From IMG/VR virus record IMGVR_UViG_3300027782_003601, positions 32,001-96,000 of that record: DNA of 64,000 nucleotides; one strand, written 5' to 3'. This document shows positions 58,299-64,000 of this stretch, piece after piece (the first letter of the stretch is position 1; each line of letters opens with the position of its first letter). The notes below the pieces were generated by a model. That model ran no database searches. It was not told where the DNA came from and saw nothing but the letters and a program-made list of their open reading frames with translations. This stretch comes from a virus. The position numbers and the translations under genes were made by a program.

Positions 58299-58389
58299 AA
58301 CTTTATTTTTCTATAGTAAATATTAGTTTTATTTATATAAATATCGTACTTTAATTTTTTAACATATTTATTATAAAATAAAACGTATA

Positions 58390-61300
58390 ATGCCGGTAAT
58401 TAAAAAAACCCTTTTTGATGAAAAATTAGAAAAGGTAAATGTATTAGTAAACGATACAGACCCAAATAGTAAATATTTTAAAATAACCGAACTTAATGAT
58501 ACATTTACTGGCGGTAAAAATGCGTTTTTAATTCAAGGTTCTGAATATTTGGTACCTGATACCATTATTAAAATTCAAATAAAAGATGCAAATGGTGATA
58601 CCATTTATTACGAACCCGGTGAGGGCATGGTTTCTTCTTCAGTAAATGGAGAATCTTTTGTTTCTGAATACTATGAAGGAACATCCAAAGTAGTTTCTGT
58701 CTACATATATCCAAATAAAACAATAGATGAAAATGGTAATCCATTAGATGGGACTGCATTTGGTCCTGCTACAATTACTATATTAGGTGAATTAAAAGAA
58801 TTTGAATCCGATGGTTTAATAATGCCTATACCAAGTAATTGGACGGATACATATAATGTAAAATGGACAAAAACAATAAATGTAAATCCATTATTACCAA
58901 ACGTTACAAAAATACGTTTTTATAAAAGACCATTTGCAACAATTAAAGAAATTTTACAACCTTTATATACATTCGTTGGTAATACAAAAGTCGCATCATC
59001 GGTTACACAATCATTTGCTGATATAAAACTTTTAAATTTAGAAACATTTGCGGGTGATGTAAAAAGAGTAAAAGTATTTAGAACATCACAGGGTGATATA
59101 TCAGATTATGATTTAATACAAGATGTTTTATTAGAATCAAAAGAATTACTAACTACATATGGTTTAAGTGGTAGTGTGGTTGGAAATACGGGTATATTTA
59201 CATCTGAAACTTTACAAAAATATTGGAATACTGGTTCTTTAACTGCACAATTAACATCAAGTAGAGTTGAAAGTGGATTAAAATTATCAGGTAGTGGTAT
59301 ATTAAGATATAGCCAATCATTAGATATAAATTCAGCAAATACATACGAATTAAATTTAGACGCATTTTATTCAGGAAGTGTAGATAGTAATTTAGGAATA
59401 TATCTTTCATCCGGGTCTCTTAGTAGTAGTATTGGTACATTATATGGTATAACTCCAACAAAAAATCTTTCCGATGTTGTAATACCATTTAGTATTCCAA
59501 ACAATTATCCATCGGCATCTTTATATTTTTCACAATCAAATGGGGAATGGCATTTAGGAAATGTTAGTTTAAAATTATCACAAGATACGGCATTTTCACC
59601 AGATAGTATTTCGTTTATAACAACGATGCCAACTATATTGGGAAATGATGTATTTAATTTTAAATTTGAATTTTACGATTTAAATAATAATTATGTTCCT
59701 GTTTTTGTAACACAAAGTGCAACATTTGTTGGAGCTCCATCAACTACAAATATTGATACAAATGCAATAATAAGTTCATCCGTTTCTCAATCAAATGCAG
59801 TATTGTATCAAGTATCATCTTCTATTAGTGGAACGATGACCACATATAGTTCATCGGCTAGTAGTAGCATTTTAACATTAAGTAGTTCCGTAAGTACATC
59901 GGTATTGGCATTAACTGGTTCAATTAGTTCATCATTATCATCATCATTTGGATTTACAAGTAGTTCTGTTTATACTTTAAGTAGTTCAGTATCTGCATCA
60001 ATTGCAGCAGTTAGTTCATCTATATCTCAAAGTGTTTATCAAGGATTATTACCTGCATTTACAAGAGTTCAAAATTTAGCAGATGGAAATTATAGTGGTT
60101 CATTTATTAGTGGAAATATAATTTATTCACCTGTTATAGGTGGGCAATTAGGATATTTTAGTACTTTGTTTAAAGTAGGGCAATCTCCAAATTCAATTTA
60201 TTTAGATGCAAGACAAACACCAAGAAAAATATTTATAGGTGGAGCAATACCTGGTGGGGATACTGAATATTCTGGTGCATATAATAATCCAAATACATCT
60301 GTATATTTGGATAGTAATGGTCAATTTTCATTAAAAGATAAATTAACATTTGATGGAACAAACTTATCTGTAAATGGAACTATAAATGTAACAGGAGGAA
60401 ATGCAGCAACTGATACAAATGCTTTATTATATTCGGTAAGAGCAGCAGCTTCCGCATCTATATCGGGTTCAAATGCTTTAAATGCCGCAGATAGAGCAGC
60501 TGCTTCCGCATCTATATCGGGTTCATCTGCTTTAAATGCCGCATATAGAGCAGCAGATTCGGCATCATTGAGTGGTTCATCCGCAACTGCATACGCATTA
60601 TCTCAATCAACTTATCGTTATAATCAATCTACTGCATTATTACAAACATTAGCAGATGGAGGATATAGTGGTTCATTTATTGGAAGTACAACAATTTATT
60701 CTCCAAATATTGGTGGACAAAACGGATATATTTCAAACATTTTAAGAGTTGGACAAAATGGTATAACATTAGATGGTGGTAATAAAGCAATTTATGTTGG
60801 AAGTGGTACATATTCAAACGCAAACACTCCATTCTATTTTGCATCGGGTTCTACAAATATATTTTCATTAGGTGATAAATTATATTGGAATGGAAGTACA
60901 TTGATTATAAGTGGAACTATAAATGTAACCGGTGGAAATGCGGCAACTGATGCAAATGCATTATTATACTCACAAAGAGCAGCTGCTTCCGCATCTATAT
61001 CAGCGAGTGCGGCACAATCAAACGCAATTTCAACCGCAGCTGGAGATGCAACCACAAAAGCAAATAATGCACAATCAAATGCAATTTCAACTGCAGCAAG
61101 TGATGCAACTACAAAAGCAAATACGGCCTATAACAACGCAACTGCTCAATTACAATTATTAGCAGATGGAGGATATAGTGGTTCATTTATTGGAAGTACA
61201 ACAATTTATTCTCCAAATATTGGTGGAGTGAATGGATACATTTCAAATATACTCAGAGTTGGACAAAATGGTATAACATTAGATGGTGGTAATAAAAAGA

Positions 61301-62172
61301 TTTATGTTGGAAGTGGTACATATGGTAATGCATTAACACCATTCTATTTTGCATCTGGTTCTACAAATATATTTTCATTAGGTGATAAACTAACTTTTGA
61401 TGGCAGTACCCTATCTGTAAATGGTAATATAACTGCAACTGGTGGTTCATTTAGTGGATTTATGACAGCAGGTACTGCAAAAATTGGAAAAGATGTAAGT
61501 GGAACTGAAGATGGGCTTTGGTTAGATTCAAACAACTATTGGTACGCAGGTGAAGCCAAATTCAGAATGGGTACGGCAAATACATATTTAACTTATGATT
61601 CTGGTTTAGGTGCTCCTATTTTTTATGCAAGTTCTGGTGTTGCATTATGGGTAGATGGTGATGGTACTAATCCTGGATTTGCTGCATTAACGGTAAACGA
61701 TGGTGGATTAAAAGTATATAATACATTGGCGGCAAATAGTGGATATGCAATAGATTGTATAGGCTCATTAAGAGTAAACAATAATTTACAGGTTGGAGGA
61801 AGTGGTTCATTTACTGGAGATATTATATCACAAGCATCCGATAAAAGATTAAAAGAAAATATAACAACTATAACATCTGCATTAGATAAGGTGCATAAAA
61901 TAAATGGTGTATATTTTAATTTTACAAATGAAGCAAATAAATTAAATAAAAATTTAAGTAAAAATAAACAAGTTGGATTTTTAGCACAAGAAATACAATC
62001 AGTATTACCTGAAATTGTTAAACCTGCGCCATTTGATATAGGTAGTGATGGTAATTCTATAAGTGGTGAAAATTATTTAACAATTCAATATGAAAAAGTA
62101 GTTCCGTTGTTATTACAAGCTATAAAAGAATTAAAGTTTGAATTAGATGAAATTAAAAAGCTAATTAAATAA
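58390..62172 (+). CDS. long tail fibre with C-terminal peptidase S74 chaperone
   Basis: SDKRLKENI...VGFLAQEIQSVLPE...YEKVVPLLLQAIKEL; internal repeats. Confidence 0.85.
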   Translation: MPVIKKTLFDEKLEKVNVLVNDTDPNSKYFKITELNDTFTGGKNAFLIQGSEYLVPDTIIKIQIKDANGDTIYYEPGEGMVSSSVNGESFVSEYYEGTSKVVSVYIYPNKTIDENGNPLDGTAFGPATITILGELKEFESDGLIMPIPSNWTDTYNVKWTKTINVNPLLPNVTKIRFYKRPFATIKEILQPLYTFVGNTKVASSVTQSFADIKLLNLETFAGDVKRVKVFRTSQGDISDYDLIQDVLLESKELLTTYGLSGSVVGNTGIFTSETLQKYWNTGSLTAQLTSSRVESGLKLSGSGILRYSQSLDINSANTYELNLDAFYSGSVDSNLGIYLSSGSLSSSIGTLYGITPTKNLSDVVIPFSIPNNYPSASLYFSQSNGEWHLGNVSLKLSQDTAFSPDSISFITTMPTILGNDVFNFKFEFYDLNNNYVPVFVTQSATFVGAPSTTNIDTNAIISSSVSQSNAVLYQVSSSISGTMTTYSSSASSSILTLSSSVSTSVLALTGSISSSLSSSFGFTSSSVYTLSSSVSASIAAVSSSISQSVYQGLLPAFTRVQNLADGNYSGSFISGNIIYSPVIGGQLGYFSTLFKVGQSPNSIYLDARQTPRKIFIGGAIPGGDTEYSGAYNNPNTSVYLDSNGQFSLKDKLTFDGTNLSVNGTINVTGGNAATDTNALLYSVRAAASASISGSNALNAADRAAASASISGSSALNAAYRAADSASLSGSSATAYALSQSTYRYNQSTALLQTLADGGYSGSFIGSTTIYSPNIGGQNGYISNILRVGQNGITLDGGNKAIYVGSGTYSNANTPFYFASGSTNIFSLGDKLYWNGSTLIISGTINVTGGNAATDANALLYSQRAAASASISASAAQSNAISTAAGDATTKANNAQSNAISTAASDATTKANTAYNNATAQLQLLADGGYSGSFIGSTTIYSPNIGGVNGYISNILRVGQNGITLDGGNKKIYVGSGTYGNALTPFYFASGSTNIFSLGDKLTFDGSTLSVNGNITATGGSFSGFMTAGTAKIGKDVSGTEDGLWLDSNNYWYAGEAKFRMGTANTYLTYDSGLGAPIFYASSGVALWVDGDGTNPGFAALTVNDGGLKVYNTLAANSGYAIDCIGSLRVNNNLQVGGSGSFTGDIISQASDKRLKENITTITSALDKVHKINGVYFNFTNEANKLNKNLSKNKQVGFLAQEIQSVLPEIVKPAPFDIGSDGNSISGENYLTIQYEKVVPLLLQAIKELKFELDEIKKLIK
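60649..61389. repeat. near-identical 231-bp intragenic duplication (510-bp period)
   Basis: 60649-60879 vs 61159-61389. Confidence 0.85.
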
Positions 62173-63587
62173 TGCCAATACCAGTTAAATCTTCTGGACC
62201 AATATCATTTTCGGAAATATCAGCAGGTGTGGCTTCCGCTGGTGGAACTGCCTCTACATCATTTGTAAATTTATCACGTCAAGCATATACAATAACTGGG
62301 GATTCCAGATTTTTAACACCAGATAGATTTACTGATTTTGAATATACCACAACAACTACAACAACTACAACTACATCAACTACAACAACTACAACAACTA
62401 CAACTACTTTACCTCCATTAACTATAACAAATAGTGGTGTTACTTGTTTTGGTATACTTGGTGCATTTACTTCAACTATTGGGGGAGGTAGTGGAACATA
62501 TAATTTTATTGCAATTGGTACAACTCAAGCAAATGCAGATAATGCAGTTAGGGGAATTAGTGGAACAAGATATGCTGCCTCACCAAATCCATATCAATGG
62601 TCTAATATTTCAAATGGAACATATTATATTGCAGTAATGGATTCGGTAGGCAATGTAACAGTTCAAGGAATTTCAGTAACAGTAAATTGTACTACAACTA
62701 CAACATCAACTACTACAACTACTACTACAACTACTACTACATCAACTACTACAACTACTACTACAACCAGACCACCATTAACTATAACAAATAGTGGTGT
62801 TACTTGTTCTGGAATACTTGGTTCATTTACTTCAACTATTGCAGGAGGTAGTGGGACATATGATTGGATTGCAATTGCAGATTCAGCTCCAAATGCATCT
62901 AATGCAGTTAATGGTATTAGTGGAACTAGATATGCTGCATCACCAAATCCATACAGTTGGAATAATATTTCAAATGGAATATACTATATTGCAGTGAAAG
63001 ATTCGGAAGGAACGGTAACAGTTCAAACACTTACAGTAACGGTAAATTGTACTACAACTACTACAACTACTACTACAACTACGGCAGCACCAACTACAAC
63101 TACAACAACTACTACAACTACCTGTCCTCCATATGGAACTTATTTGTATGAATATTGCGATAATGTAAACCATAATAAGATTGGTGTTTTTGCTGATGGT
63201 TCTTGTGGAACTTACGAGTCGGTAATTGCTTATAATGACCCGGCGTGTGGATACGTTGCACCAACTACAACTACAACAACTACGGCAGCACCGACAACTA
63301 CAACTACAACAACTACGGCAGCACCGACAACTACAACTACAACAACTACGGCAGCACCGACAACTACAACTACAACAACTACGGCAGCACCTAATTGTCA
63401 GCAATATACTTTGATAAATTATGATGAATTTTCAGATATATATAGTTACCAATCTTGCGATGGAACTCAAAATAATGATGTAGTATTACAAGGTGGTGGG
63501 GGTAGTGTTACTATTTGTGCAAGAACAGGAACTGTAACTGCCGGAGGTGCAATAAGTGTAAGTTTGCCACAAGGAACTTGTACATAA
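62172..63587 (+). CDS. mucin-like Thr-rich, Cys-containing virion/fibre protein
   Basis: Poly-Thr tracts; two ~120-aa beta domains (360-bp period); TTTTTTTTAAP repeats. Confidence 0.75.
   Translation: MPIPVKSSGPISFSEISAGVASAGGTASTSFVNLSRQAYTITGDSRFLTPDRFTDFEYTTTTTTTTTTSTTTTTTTTTTLPPLTITNSGVTCFGILGAFTSTIGGGSGTYNFIAIGTTQANADNAVRGISGTRYAASPNPYQWSNISNGTYYIAVMDSVGNVTVQGISVTVNCTTTTTSTTTTTTTTTTTSTTTTTTTTRPPLTITNSGVTCSGILGSFTSTIAGGSGTYDWIAIADSAPNASNAVNGISGTRYAASPNPYSWNNISNGIYYIAVKDSEGTVTVQTLTVTVNCTTTTTTTTTTTAAPTTTTTTTTTTCPPYGTYLYEYCDNVNHNKIGVFADGSCGTYESVIAYNDPACGYVAPTTTTTTTAAPTTTTTTTTAAPTTTTTTTTAAPTTTTTTTTAAPNCQQYTLINYDEFSDIYSYQSCDGTQNNDVVLQGGGGSVTICARTGTVTAGGAISVSLPQGTCT
63282..63391. repeat. perfect 33-bp tandem repeat x3.3
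   Basis: ACGGCAGCACCGACAACTACAACTACAACAACT at 63282, 63315, 63348 and 63381 (partial). Confidence 0.9.
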
Positions 63588-63669
63588 TATTAAATACATC
63601 CGTTACCAATATGTGAATGATTATTATTTATGGTATATATTATAAGTTATTAATAAAATAAAAAAAGTT

Positions 63670-64000
63670 ATGAAAAATTTAAGATTTATATGTGCTCAAC
63701 CTGCCAGTTTATACTATGCATGGCAAGTAGAAGTTATGTTAAACAACTTTATAGAAATGGGGGTACATCCCAACAATATAGATATTGTATGTTGGAAAGA
63801 AAAAGGAGTAATACCAGAAGAATGGAGTAAACTGGCAAATGGGTATGCGGCACGTTTCTTTTTCTATGATGATATGAGAGAAACAAAACATTATATTTCA
63901 TCAATCAGACCAAATATTTTAAAGCAACATTGGATAGCACAACCACAATTAAAAGATAGTGCTATATTTTACCACGATTCAGATATTATCTTTACTAAAC
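63670..64000 (+). CDS. putative protein O-glycosyltransferase (3'-truncated, not in ORF track)
   Basis: MKNLRFICAQPASLYYAWQVEVMLNNF...YISSIRPNILKQHW...FYHDSDIIFTK; DxD motif. Confidence 0.6.
   Translation, partial: MKNLRFICAQPASLYYAWQVEVMLNNFIEMGVHPNNIDIVCWKEKGVIPEEWSKLANGYAARFFFYDDMRETKHYISSIRPNILKQHWIAQPQLKDSAIFYHDSDIIFTK

Noticed and set aside
60649-61389. Possible DGR template/variable repeat pair
   Set aside because: Both copies are in-frame within one ORF, mismatches are not adenine-specific, and there is no reverse transcriptase in the window
340-63414. Minus-strand and nested ORFs in the track (e.g. 4131..4550, 49825..50436, 62970..63404)
   Set aside because: Antisense or alternative-frame shadows of real + strand genes or of repeats; no motifs or expression signals
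1-64000. Stop-codon reassignment as in some large phages
   Set aside because: Conserved long genes translate intact with the standard code, and coding density is high

Overview
A 64-kb segment of a large, AT-rich (roughly 30% GC) lytic myovirus-like phage. Nearly all genes lie on the + strand and use the standard genetic code. Promoter geometry ((T/C)TTG-N20-TAnnTT(T/A/G)N), the absence of Shine-Dalgarno sites and several gene families point to a Bacteroidota host; this is inference. Layout: 0-10 kb has small hypothetical genes plus thyA and an auxiliary operon (apt, MTA/SAH-type nucleosidase, heme oxygenase, PcyA-like bilin reductase). 10.7-24 kb is an early/accessory region built from repeated promoter-hairpin-leader cassettes around a non-coding core (13.65-15.2 kb), bracketed by an inverted pair of G-tract elements; it also holds an RNA-repair cluster and a GIY-YIG homing endonuclease. 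27-33 kb has an HD hydrolase, Hsp20, UvsE, peptide deformylase and a gp55-like sigma factor. 33-53 kb encodes baseplate, tail and other virion proteins. 53-58 kb has endonuclease I, primase, a glycosyltransferase and an Mre11-Rad50 fusion. 58-64 kb has a tail fibre with an S74 chaperone, a mucin-like Thr-rich protein and a truncated putative protein O-glycosyltransferase. Top leads: (1) a bilin-biosynthesis cassette co-transcribed with adenine salvage in an apparently non-cyanobacterial phage; (2) a candidate virion O-glycosylation system; (3) a symmetric cis-element architecture with modular early promoter cassettes. All protein assignments are by motif recognition, not database search.
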